Shown one piece after another: positions 29,593 to 37,590 of a stretch of 57,601 bases of DNA. Source of the DNA: Candidatus Omnitrophota bacterium (GTDB lineage Bacteria; Omnitrophota; Gorgyraeia; JABMRG01). A program made the translations under genes and the position numbers. Below the pieces are notes generated by a model that saw only the letters and a list, made by a program, of their open reading frames with translations, ran no database searches and was not told the origin of the DNA. Positions within the stretch are counted from its first letter, which is position 1, and every line of letters begins with the position of its first letter. Location of the stretch: the NCBI GenBank assembly GCA_028716165.1, contig JAQUQI010000010.1:1-57601 (forward strand), given 5' to 3'.

Positions 29593-30260
29593 TTCCCTTA
29601 AAAATACTGGTTACAGCAGGCCCTACTTGTGAAGCAATAGACCCTGTCCGTTTTATTACCAATCGCTCAACGGGTTGTATGGGCTATGCTATAGCCGCCA
29701 GAGGAGCGCGGGCCGGGCATAAGCTTACTTTAATAAGCGGGCCTGTATGCTTAAAACCTCCCGACGGTGTAAAAACGGTTTATATTACTACAGCCAGGGA
29801 GATGTTTGCCGAGGTGAAACGCCACATCAAAGGCAAGCATTGCCTTATTATGGCCGCGGCTGTAGCTGATTTTCGCCCCGCATTTTGCGCGCGGCAAAAA
29901 ATCAAAAAAACTAATATGCCCAGGACTATTTCCTTGCGCCGTAACCCCGATATTCTGGCATGGGCAGGCGCTCACAAAAGTAAGATGATTTTAGCCGGTT
30001 TCTGTATGGAGACACAAAACCTTTTGACCCGGGCGAAAAGAAAACAAATCTTAAAAAATGTTGATTTTATGGTGGCCAATAAAATAGAGGCCGACGGAGT
30101 TCCTTTTGGGCATAAGCCGGCAAGCTTTGTTCTTTTTGGGCCTGACGGCAGGAAGGTTTTTTTACAGAATGCCAGTAAGGAAAAAATAGCAGGTATCCTG
30201 CTTGATAAAATCCAAGGAATGTGGTATAAGAGAAATCCCGGCCGCAACGCGGCCGTGTGA
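29589..30260 (+). CDS. coaB: Phosphopantothenate--cysteine ligase (stand-alone)
   Basis: LVTAGPT.E.IDPVRFITN, AAAVADF, KIKK, NPDIL and GFCMET motifs. Confidence 0.92.
   Translation: MIPLKILVTAGPTCEAIDPVRFITNRSTGCMGYAIAARGARAGHKLTLISGPVCLKPPDGVKTVYITTAREMFAEVKRHIKGKHCLIMAAAVADFRPAFCARQKIKKTNMPRTISLRRNPDILAWAGAHKSKMILAGFCMETQNLLTRAKRKQILKNVDFMVANKIEADGVPFGHKPASFVLFGPDGRKVFLQNASKEKIAGILLDKIQGMWYKRNPGRNAAV
30202..30230 (+). promoter_or_regulatory. Putative promoter for tRNA-Cys inside the coaB 3' end
   Basis: TTGATA-17 nt-TATAAG with TGn extension. Confidence 0.5.
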
Positions 30261-30289
30261 ATATTAACGCCTATTTTAAGTATAATTAT

Positions 30290-30364
30290 GGCGGCATAGC
30301 CAAGTGGTAAGGCAGTGGTCTGCAAAACCACTATTCAGCGGTTCGAATCCGCTTGCCGCCTCCA
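30290..30364 (+). tRNA. tRNA-Cys(GCA)
   Basis: GGCGGCA...GTGGT-CTGCAAA-ACCAC...GGTTCGAATCC...TGCCGCCTCCA. Confidence 0.96.
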
Positions 30365-30379
30365 TTTTTATGATCTTTT

Positions 30380-31626
30380 ATGACATATGTAAGGCTATTC
30401 TTAGATAATAAGCGTATTATATCGTTTGGTTTTTTATTAACGCTTTTTTCAAGTGCGGGACAAACTTTTTTTCTTTCTTTATATGTAAATTCCATTCTTT
30501 TGGATTTTCATCTGACAAACGCGTCTTTCGGAGCCCTTTATAGCGCGGCAACAATATTAAGCGCGATAGCCTTGGCATGTGCCGGTCGATTTATAGATTA
30601 TTATAATCTGCGCACCTATGCCATGGTATCATCCGGACTGCTCGCCGCATCATGTCTTGTTACCGCTTTATCTCGGAATATCATATTATTGTTTATAGGG
30701 CTTTGGGGGCTTAGATTTGCAGGGCAAGGTTTATTGAGCCACATCTCAAGCACGTCAATGGCGAAATTTTTTACCGACAAACGCGGCAAGGCTTTGAGCG
30801 TTTCGGTGCTTGGTTACGCGCTCGGTGAAGGCCTTTTGCCTGTTATCATAACAGGGGTCATTTTGCTGGCAGGTTGGCGGCAATCAATGCTGATATGCTC
30901 CGTTTTTATATGCGGCAGTCTTATGCCGTTTATTTGGTTTACGCTTGGCAAAAAGCATCTGCAATATTTTCCGGATAACGCTGATACCGGACCGATGGAG
31001 GCCGGGTTTGATGCCCGGGCGCTCTTAAAAAGCAGGGGCTTTTTACTAATAGCGGCTAATTTCAGCATATTACCCTGCGTGATAACAGGGCTGTTTGTTT
31101 ATCAGCAGGCCCTTGCTGCTGAAAAGATGTGGCCTATGGGGTGGTTGGCGCGACCTGTTTCATGGGTTACGCGGGATGCAGGGCCGTGTTTTGCGTAATA
31201 AGCGGACGGCTTGTTGACAAGTTTTCTGCCACAACGCTTTTGCCTGTTTTCCTTCTTCCATTCGCTTTTGCTTTATTGATTATAACGTTTTTTAGGCATC
31301 CGCTCGCGGCGCTTGTGTATTTAGCGCTGGCAGGTGTGGCTATAGGTATGAGTAATATCATTAATACGGCTTTTCTCGCTGAAGTATACGGCCAAAGGCA
31401 TATTGGCGGTATCAGGGCGATTTTATCCACGATTATAGTTATAGCGACAGCAGTAGGGCCTTTGTTGTTTGGTTTTTTATTGGATAGAGGTGCCAGCTTT
31501 AGCGCGGTTGCCGCATTATCTGCCGTGTTTGTTCTATGGACCGCGGTAAGCAGTTACAGACATGCCCCGTATTTTAAAACGCAAAGCGCAAAAAAAATCT
31601 TGACAAATAAAGGCAATAATGTATAA
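30380..31626 (+). pseudogene. MFS transporter, frameshifted
   Basis: Two overlapping ORFs (30380-31198 and 31129-31626) encode the N- and C-halves, each with an MFS motif A-like GRFID/GRLVD. The frame breaks at GCGCG 31148-31152. Confidence 0.8.
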
Positions 31627-31627
31627 T
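31600..31627 (+). promoter_or_regulatory. Promoter of the Fur-family gene cluster
   Basis: TTGACA-16 nt-TATAAT; the MFS stop codon lies inside the -10 hexamer. Confidence 0.75.
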
Positions 31628-31629
31628 TG

Positions 31630-31651
31630 CTAATGATAACCATTATTATTA
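31630..31651. promoter_or_regulatory. Fur-type operator 1
   Basis: CTAATGATAACCATTATTATTA, a near-perfect 7-1-7 TAATGAT-A-ACCATTA, just downstream of the -10. Confidence 0.75.
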
Positions 31652-31670
31652 ATAAATTTTTGGAAATATT

Positions 31671-32141
31671 ATGAAAACGAGAGGTTGCAGCGGCCCGCTT
31701 TGGTGGCACGGCAGATTCAGGGGCTGCGGTTATAGGATAACCGCGGGCAGAGAAGCTGTTTTGGATGTTTTGTCTGAATCAGGCAAGCATCTTAGCGCCG
31801 AAGACATATATATGAAGGTGTATTCAAGGTATGCCAATATAGGGTTGGCAACAGTTTACAGAACGCTGGATGTCCTTGTCCATTTGGGCCTTGTTTTTAA
31901 ATTTGATTTCGGCGATAAAAAAGCCCGTTATGAGTTAGCGGAAGGGCCGAAAGGCCTGCGGCACCATCATCACTTGATATGCACCCGCTGTAGGCGGATC
32001 ATTGATTACACGGATTTTATTGATGAAGAAATAGAACTGCTTAGCCGGACGGAAAAAGGGCTTTCAAAAAAATATGAATTTAAAATTACAAATCATCTGA
32101 TCCAGTTTTATGGCCTCTGCGCCGCTTGTGCCAAGGAGTAG
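31671..32141 (+). CDS. Fur-family transcriptional regulator
   Basis: HLSAEDIY, GLATVYRTL, RYE, HHHHLICTRC and CAAC motifs. Confidence 0.93.
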   Translation: MKTRGCSGPLWWHGRFRGCGYRITAGREAVLDVLSESGKHLSAEDIYMKVYSRYANIGLATVYRTLDVLVHLGLVFKFDFGDKKARYELAEGPKGLRHHHHLICTRCRRIIDYTDFIDEEIELLSRTEKGLSKKYEFKITNHLIQFYGLCAACAKE

Positions 32142-32158
32142 GACATATTTTTTTTGCG

Positions 32159-32183
32159 TAATAATGAAAATGGTTATCAATAG
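32159..32183. promoter_or_regulatory. Fur-type operator 2
   Basis: TAATAATGAAAATGGTTATCAATAG. Its reverse complement CTATTGATAACCATTTTCATTA shares TGATAACCATT with operator 1. Confidence 0.7.
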
Positions 32184-32243
32184 TAAGAAAGCGGTGGCGG
32201 AGGACGAAGGCTGTATTTGGTTTTATAAAAAAGGAGGTGTAAT

Positions 32244-32585
32244 ATGCCGGCAGGAGACGGGACGGGGCCTATGGGATTAGGTCCAATGACAGGAAGGGCG
32301 GCGGGTTTTTGCGCAGGCTATTCTCTGCCTGGTTGCGCAAATGCTGTTTATGGAAGAGCGTATGGGGCGGGTAGAGGTTTTGGGATGGCTTACCGTGCGA
32401 TTGGGCCGAGGAGACGGTTTTGCGCGGCAGGTTATTATGACGGATATCCGTACGGCGCTGAAATAGCGCCACAGGATGAGGCGGATACCCTTAAACGCGA
32501 ATCAGGATTTTTGAAGGGGCGTCTTGAAGAGATCTATCAGCGTATCGCGGTTTTGGAAAAGATGCGTTCGCAAGAAAGCGATTAG
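32244..32585 (+). CDS. DUF5320-family protein
   Basis: MPAGDGTGPMGLGPMTGRAAGFCAG start, Gly/Arg/Tyr-rich middle and C-terminal coiled coil. Confidence 0.88.
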   Translation: MPAGDGTGPMGLGPMTGRAAGFCAGYSLPGCANAVYGRAYGAGRGFGMAYRAIGPRRRFCAAGYYDGYPYGAEIAPQDEADTLKRESGFLKGRLEEIYQRIAVLEKMRSQESD

Positions 32586-32635
32586 AAAAATATTCCCACT
32601 GTTTTTAATAACCGCATTACCGGAAGGGAGTTGTT

Positions 32636-33028
32636 ATGCGTGTAGCGATATCTACGGACGGGGATTTTGTTTCAGCTCATTTTGGCAGGTGTCCGGTTTT
32701 TACAATAGTTGATATTGAAAACGGTAAAGTGACAAAACGACAAGAGGTTTTAAATCCCGGGCATGAGCCTGGAGCTATACCGCAGTTTTTACATCAAAAA
32801 GAAATAGACTGCATAGTTGCCGGCGGCATGGGCGCCAGGGCGGAATCCTTTTTCCAAGGCTTTGGAATAAAGACCATTGCCGGGATAAGCGGCACAATAA
32901 GCTCGGTCATTGAAAAGCTTGAAAAAGGCAGCCTTGAGCCCGGAGATAGTTTTTGCAGGCCCGGCGCCGGCAAGGGGTATGGTCTTGATAAAAAGATATG
33001 CGATCACCCCGGCGAAAACAAGCGTTAA
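32636..33028 (+). CDS. NifB/NifX-family (FeMo-cofactor-binding-like) protein
   Basis: SAHFGRCPVF, NPGH and AGGMG motifs. Confidence 0.9.
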   Translation: MRVAISTDGDFVSAHFGRCPVFTIVDIENGKVTKRQEVLNPGHEPGAIPQFLHQKEIDCIVAGGMGARAESFFQGFGIKTIAGISGTISSVIEKLEKGSLEPGDSFCRPGAGKGYGLDKKICDHPGENKR

Positions 33029-33046
33029 GCATTTTAAGGAGAATTT

Positions 33047-33412
33047 ATGAAGATATGCGTGACCTCGCAAGGAAAGGATTTAGACGCCAAGGTAGACCCG
33101 CGTTTTGGCAGGTGCCGGTATTTTGTGTTTGTTGATATGGACACACTGGAATTTGAATGTGTTGAAAATTCAAATATGCAATCAAGCGGCGGTGCCGGCA
33201 TAAAATCAGCCCAGCTTGTGGCGGCTAAAGGCGTAAAAGCCGTTGTGACGGGCAATGTCGGACCGAACGCCTATCAGACGTTAGGGGCGGCAGGTATTGG
33301 TATTTTTGTCGGCGCGTCCGGGACAATAAAAGACGCTATTGGGGAATACAAAACAGGCGGCCTGCAAACGGCATCCGGCCCAAGTGTCGGATCAAAATCC
33401 GGCATGCCTTAA
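33047..33412 (+). CDS. NifB/NifX-family protein
   Basis: DPRFGRCRYF, GGAGIKSAQ and VTGNVGPNA motifs. Confidence 0.9.
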   Translation: MKICVTSQGKDLDAKVDPRFGRCRYFVFVDMDTLEFECVENSNMQSSGGAGIKSAQLVAAKGVKAVVTGNVGPNAYQTLGAAGIGIFVGASGTIKDAIGEYKTGGLQTASGPSVGSKSGMP

Positions 33413-33479
33413 AAAGACCAATTTTGCCGGCTTCATTTAAGATGAAACAAGAAAAGGTGTTTACCGAAAGGCGGTTAGC

Positions 33480-33680
33480 ATGCCATCAAAAGACGGGACA
33501 GGGCCTCGGGGCTTGGAACAGATAAGGCAAAAGGGCGCAGGCAGGGGGAGCCGTTACGGCGCGGGCCCTGGCGGATATTGCGTTTGCCCCATATGCAAAA
33601 CGAAAACACCTCATCAGGCAGGCTTGCCGTGCGCTTTATTATCATGTCCAAAATGCGGCACGAAAATGTCCAGAGGATGA
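33480..33680 (+). CDS. Small DUF5320-like protein with Zn-ribbon
   Basis: MPSKDGTGPRG start; GPGGYCVCPIC...PC....CPKCG. Confidence 0.8.
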   Translation: MPSKDGTGPRGLEQIRQKGAGRGSRYGAGPGGYCVCPICKTKTPHQAGLPCALLSCPKCGTKMSRG

Positions 33681-33687
33681 TACTGAT

Positions 33688-34308
33688 TTGAAGCAGGATA
33701 TTGTTGAAAATCATAAGCACTACTTAAAAAGGCTGGATTTTTATAAGAGTTTTGGTTATGACTTGGAAAAAGAAAGAGATTTTGTTTACAGGATGGCCCT
33801 GCCGTTTACCGGAAGAATACTTGAGATCGGCACAGGTAAAGGACATTTTACGCTTGCGCTTGCCGCGCAAGGCTTCCGCTTTACTACTATAGATATCTCC
33901 GACCAAGACCAGATAACAGCGAAACTTAATCTTAGGTATTTTGGATTGGAAAAACAGGTCAAGATGATTATTGCTGACGCGCAAAAAACCGGTTTTCCGG
34001 ACAAACATTTTGACACAATATTTTCTGTTAATGTTTTGCACCATCTTCGCAATCCCAAAGCGGTTTTAAGTGAGATAACCCGGATTTTGGGCCCTTGCGG
34101 TAAAGTGGTATTATGTGATTTTAATAAAAAGGGAATGGATATCATCAATAGGTGCCACGCCCATGAAGGCAAGAAGCACGATTCTTACGGGTGCTGTTTG
34201 GATGATGCGGAAAAATATTTTTTAAAAAAAAGTTTTACCGTGAGCAGGTTTCATGGCGGCACCCAAGAAGGTGTAATTGCAGTTCCACGGCAGAGAGTAG
34301 AGACATGA
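33688..34308 (+). CDS. Class I SAM-dependent methyltransferase
   Basis: Motif I ILEIGTGKG; IDIS and FDTIFSVNVLHH. Confidence 0.9.
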   Translation: MKQDIVENHKHYLKRLDFYKSFGYDLEKERDFVYRMALPFTGRILEIGTGKGHFTLALAAQGFRFTTIDISDQDQITAKLNLRYFGLEKQVKMIIADAQKTGFPDKHFDTIFSVNVLHHLRNPKAVLSEITRILGPCGKVVLCDFNKKGMDIINRCHAHEGKKHDSYGCCLDDAEKYFLKKSFTVSRFHGGTQEGVIAVPRQRVET

Positions 34309-35150
34309 TTATTGCGGTTGCCAGCGGTAAAGGCGGAACGGGCAAGACAACAGTGGCAGTTAATATTGCCCTATCCTTGGATAATGTGCAATTTCTTGAT
34401 TGTGACGTTGAAGAACCTAACGCGCATATTTTTTTAAAACCCCGGATAGAAAAAACAATCTTATCAAGTATCCCCGTGCCCGAGATTGACACGAAAAAAT
34501 GCGTTTATTGCGGTAAATGCGCCGAGGTCTGTGTTTATAACGCGATAGCTATAGTGCCGCCAACCAACAATAACGCGGGAGTGGCTTTGACCCTGACGAA
34601 TCTATGCCACGGCTGCCAAGCGTGCAGTTTTTTTTGCCCAAAAGGTGCGATAAGAGAGAGAAAAAAGGAAATCGGGGTCGTAGAGTTTGGTTCAAAAAAA
34701 GACATTGAATTTATACATGGCAGGTTGAATATCGGTGAAGCAATGGCGCCTCCGGTCATACGCCAGGTAAAGGGGCATATCAATCCGCGAAAGACCGTAA
34801 TAATTGACGCCCCTCCGGGCGTGTCGTGCCCTGTTATCGCTGCGGTCAAAGACAGTGATTTCTGCCTGCTGGTTACGGAACCGACGCCTTTTGGGTTAAG
34901 CGATTTATCGCTGGCAGTAGAGCTCTTACACAAACTGCGCGTTCCGTTCGGGGTGATAATAAACAGGGCCGATCTCGGGGACAAGGAAACCGAACGATAT
35001 TGCGAAAAAGAGAAGATAGAGATATTGATGAAGATACCGTTTAATAAAGAAATAGCGCTGGCCTATTCCAGAGGAGAAGCGGTGGTAAACGTATTGCCGG
35101 AATACAAAACGAAATTCAAGGATCTTTTTCAAAAAATAGCGCACAGATAA
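34305..35150 (+). CDS. MinD-superfamily P-loop ATPase with inserted 2x[4Fe-4S] ferredoxin (COG1149-like)
   Basis: SGKGGTGKTT, DCDVEEPN, CVYCGKCAEVC, CHGCQACSFFC, DAPPGVSCP and VTEPT motifs. Confidence 0.92.
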   Translation: MIIAVASGKGGTGKTTVAVNIALSLDNVQFLDCDVEEPNAHIFLKPRIEKTILSSIPVPEIDTKKCVYCGKCAEVCVYNAIAIVPPTNNNAGVALTLTNLCHGCQACSFFCPKGAIRERKKEIGVVEFGSKKDIEFIHGRLNIGEAMAPPVIRQVKGHINPRKTVIIDAPPGVSCPVIAAVKDSDFCLLVTEPTPFGLSDLSLAVELLHKLRVPFGVIINRADLGDKETERYCEKEKIEILMKIPFNKEIALAYSRGEAVVNVLPEYKTKFKDLFQKIAHR

Positions 35151-35163
35151 GGTTAAAGCGGCG

Positions 35164-36033
35164 ATGAAACAGATTGTTATTATAAGCGGCAAAGGCGGCA
35201 CGGGCAAGACTGTAATCACGGGAGCCTTCGCGGCTCTGGCAAAGAATAAAGTTATGGCCGATTGCGATGTTGATGCCGCCGATCTTCACCTGCTTTTGCG
35301 GCCGGAAATTAAAGAGCGCCATGATTTTAAAAGCGGACTTAGTTTCAGGATAAAAAAAAGGGCATGCACGCAGTGCGGGGAATGTAAAAAGGTATGCAGA
35401 TTCAACGCCATAAGCGATAAATTTATAATTGATCCTATATCTTGCGAAGGATGCGGTTTCTGTGCCCGTGTCTGCCCGGCAGATGCTATAAGCATGGAGG
35501 AAAATCTTGCGGGCGAATGGTTTATTTCCGAGACGCGTTTTGGGCCCATGGTGCATGCCAAGTTAGGCGTGGCTGAAGAAAACTCAGGCAAACTTGTCGC
35601 GCTTGTCAGGGAGCAAGCAAAAGGGCTTGCGGAAAACACAGGCGCCGAATGGGTTATTGTTGACGGGGCCCCGGGCATAGGTTGTCCTGTTATCGCTTCG
35701 CTTTCAGGCATAGATTGCGCCGTAGTAGTGACGGAACCCACCCTGTCGGGCCTGCATGACGCATCAAGGGTTATAGAGGTTGCCAGGCATTTTAACGTAT
35801 TTTCAAGTCTTATAATCAATAAATATGATTTAAACCCTGATATGACCCGGCGCATAGAAATATACTGTAAAACAAACGGTATCCCTGTTATGGGCAGGAT
35901 TGCGTTTGATAAATCGGTCGTTGAGGCTGTGTCTAAAGCAAAGACGGTAATGGAATCCGCTCAAAACGCGGTTAAACGCTCTCTTCGCGATATCTGGCAG
36001 AGGTTGAGTGTTGGCAACTTTAAAACCGCCTAA
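35164..36033 (+). CDS. MinD-superfamily P-loop ATPase with inserted 2x[4Fe-4S] ferredoxin (paralog)
   Basis: SGKGGTGKT, DCDVDAADL, CTQCGECKKVC, CEGCGFCARVC and DGAPGIGCP motifs. Confidence 0.92.
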   Translation: MKQIVIISGKGGTGKTVITGAFAALAKNKVMADCDVDAADLHLLLRPEIKERHDFKSGLSFRIKKRACTQCGECKKVCRFNAISDKFIIDPISCEGCGFCARVCPADAISMEENLAGEWFISETRFGPMVHAKLGVAEENSGKLVALVREQAKGLAENTGAEWVIVDGAPGIGCPVIASLSGIDCAVVVTEPTLSGLHDASRVIEVARHFNVFSSLIINKYDLNPDMTRRIEIYCKTNGIPVMGRIAFDKSVVEAVSKAKTVMESAQNAVKRSLRDIWQRLSVGNFKTA

Positions 36034-36096
36034 GCCGCATCAGAGGCATAACTGCCGCATCGCGTCTGTTCAGGAGACGGCGGGAAAAAGGCGGAA

Positions 36097-36810
36097 ATGA
36101 AGATCAAGATAATATTTGATAAAGGTGCTTTGAATAAAAAATTATGTACAGGTTGGGGTGTTTCTATTTTAATAAACGATAAAGTGCTGTTTGATACAGG
36201 CGGTAACGGAGAATGCCTGCTCAAGAATATGCGCTTGCTGAAAGTGGACACAAAAAAAATAGAAGCGTTTATTATATCCCACGATCATTGGGACCACTGG
36301 GGCGGGTTATGGCACGCTATAGGGGGCCGAAAAGGCGTAAAGGTGTATATATGCCAAGGTTTTAGCGATGAGTTCAAGACCAGGGCGGAAGCTTTTAAGG
36401 TTAAGCTCATTGAGCTTGACGGGCCCGTGCAGATATTTAAGAATATTTTTATTACAGGTGGAATGCCCGGTACGTATGGCAGGATGCGCCTGTTTGAACA
36501 AGCGGTATTGTTAAGGACAAAAAACGGCATAACCATTATTACGGGTTGCGCGCATCCTGGAATAGATACTATGCTCCGGACGGTAAAAAGATATTACCCG
36601 GACGAATCCTTATATCTTGCTTTGGGCGGATTTCATCTTAAAAATACCGATGCCGAAACGATTGAAGAAATTATCCGCAAATGCAGGGAGTTGGGTGTCA
36701 AAAAAGTCGGCCCTATCCATTGCTCCGGGGAAATAGCGGAGAACGCGTTTAAAAAGCATTATGGAAATAATTTTTTGGCTGCACAGGCAGGTTGGGAGAT
36801 AGCGGTTTGA
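36097..36810 (+). CDS. Metallo-beta-lactamase-fold hydrolase (COG1237-like)
   Basis: WGVS, LFDTG, SHDHWDHWGG, TGCAHPG, GGFHL and PIHCSG motifs. Confidence 0.9.
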   Translation: MKIKIIFDKGALNKKLCTGWGVSILINDKVLFDTGGNGECLLKNMRLLKVDTKKIEAFIISHDHWDHWGGLWHAIGGRKGVKVYICQGFSDEFKTRAEAFKVKLIELDGPVQIFKNIFITGGMPGTYGRMRLFEQAVLLRTKNGITIITGCAHPGIDTMLRTVKRYYPDESLYLALGGFHLKNTDAETIEEIIRKCRELGVKKVGPIHCSGEIAENAFKKHYGNNFLAAQAGWEIAV

Positions 36811-36848
36811 TTAGAGGCTATGAGCTTAACCGATAGGAGGCGTAAGAG

Positions 36849-37205
36849 ATGGAGAAAACATTTGGTTATGAGTTGATTCTTGATCTTTATGATTGCGATT
36901 TAGATGTCATGAGGTCAAAAGATAAACTTACCGAATATGTGGACACGCTTTGTCCGCTGATTAAAATGGAGAAATACGGCAATACCATGCTTGAGTATTT
37001 TGGTACCAAAAAGCCGCACACTAAAGGTTATTCCCTTCTGCAATTTATAGAAACAAGTTCCATTACGGGTCATTTTAGCGAACATTGGCGGATAGCGTAT
37101 ATAAATATTTTTTCCTGTAAAAACTTTGACCCGAAAAAAGCAAAGGAGTTTACAAAGTTTTTTTTCAAAGCGTCAAAGGTCAAGGCAAGGTTTATAAAAA
37201 GGTAA
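36849..37205 (+). CDS. S-adenosylmethionine decarboxylase-like proenzyme
   Basis: FGYELILDLYDC start, QFIETSSITGHF cleavage-like motif, and YINIFSCKNFD. Confidence 0.8.
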   Translation: MEKTFGYELILDLYDCDLDVMRSKDKLTEYVDTLCPLIKMEKYGNTMLEYFGTKKPHTKGYSLLQFIETSSITGHFSEHWRIAYINIFSCKNFDPKKAKEFTKFFFKASKVKARFIKR

Positions 37206-37434
37206 GAGCGGGTTTTATATAATAGAAATTTTTTAGGCGAATTAACACGGGCATTATATGCCGCGCAGTTTTACTTTTTTGAGGATTCGTGTTATTTCAC
37301 AGGCGCGGCCTGTTTTTTGCAAGGCGTCAAATCAGACCGTATTTTTTGGATAATGTCAAACCAGTAAACCCTTTGAATTCGTTCAAGGGCGTATTTTATT
37401 TCATATTAAGCATAAACGCGGTATAAAAACGTGC

Positions 37435-37463
37435 TTTACAGCTTAGGGCAAATCTGGTATAGT
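37435..37463 (+). promoter_or_regulatory. Putative tRNA-Val promoter
   Basis: TTTACA-17 nt-TATAGT with TGn extension. Confidence 0.6.
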
Positions 37464-37487
37464 TAATATTACAGCGGATTGAGCGAA

Positions 37488-37566
<79 letters not shown>

Positions 37567-37590
37567 CAAACCCTTAAAAATGTGGTCTTG

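Noticed and set aside
30281-30286. Perfect TATAAT 3 nt before tRNA-Cys suggesting a leaderless tRNA
   Set aside because: It is too close to yield a full-length transcript and has no good -35; a better promoter lies at 30202-30230.
32244-36810. Selenocysteine (UGA) read-through in the Cys-rich cluster genes; hairpin at about 36062-36080 as a SECIS
   Set aside because: All conserved Cys positions are true Cys codons, the stops fall at expected protein ends, and no in-frame UGA precedes the hairpin.
30365-37487. Integrative island between tRNA-Cys and tRNA-Val
   Set aside because: No integrase or transposase, no duplicated tRNA 3' end (att) seen, and composition is similar to the flanks.
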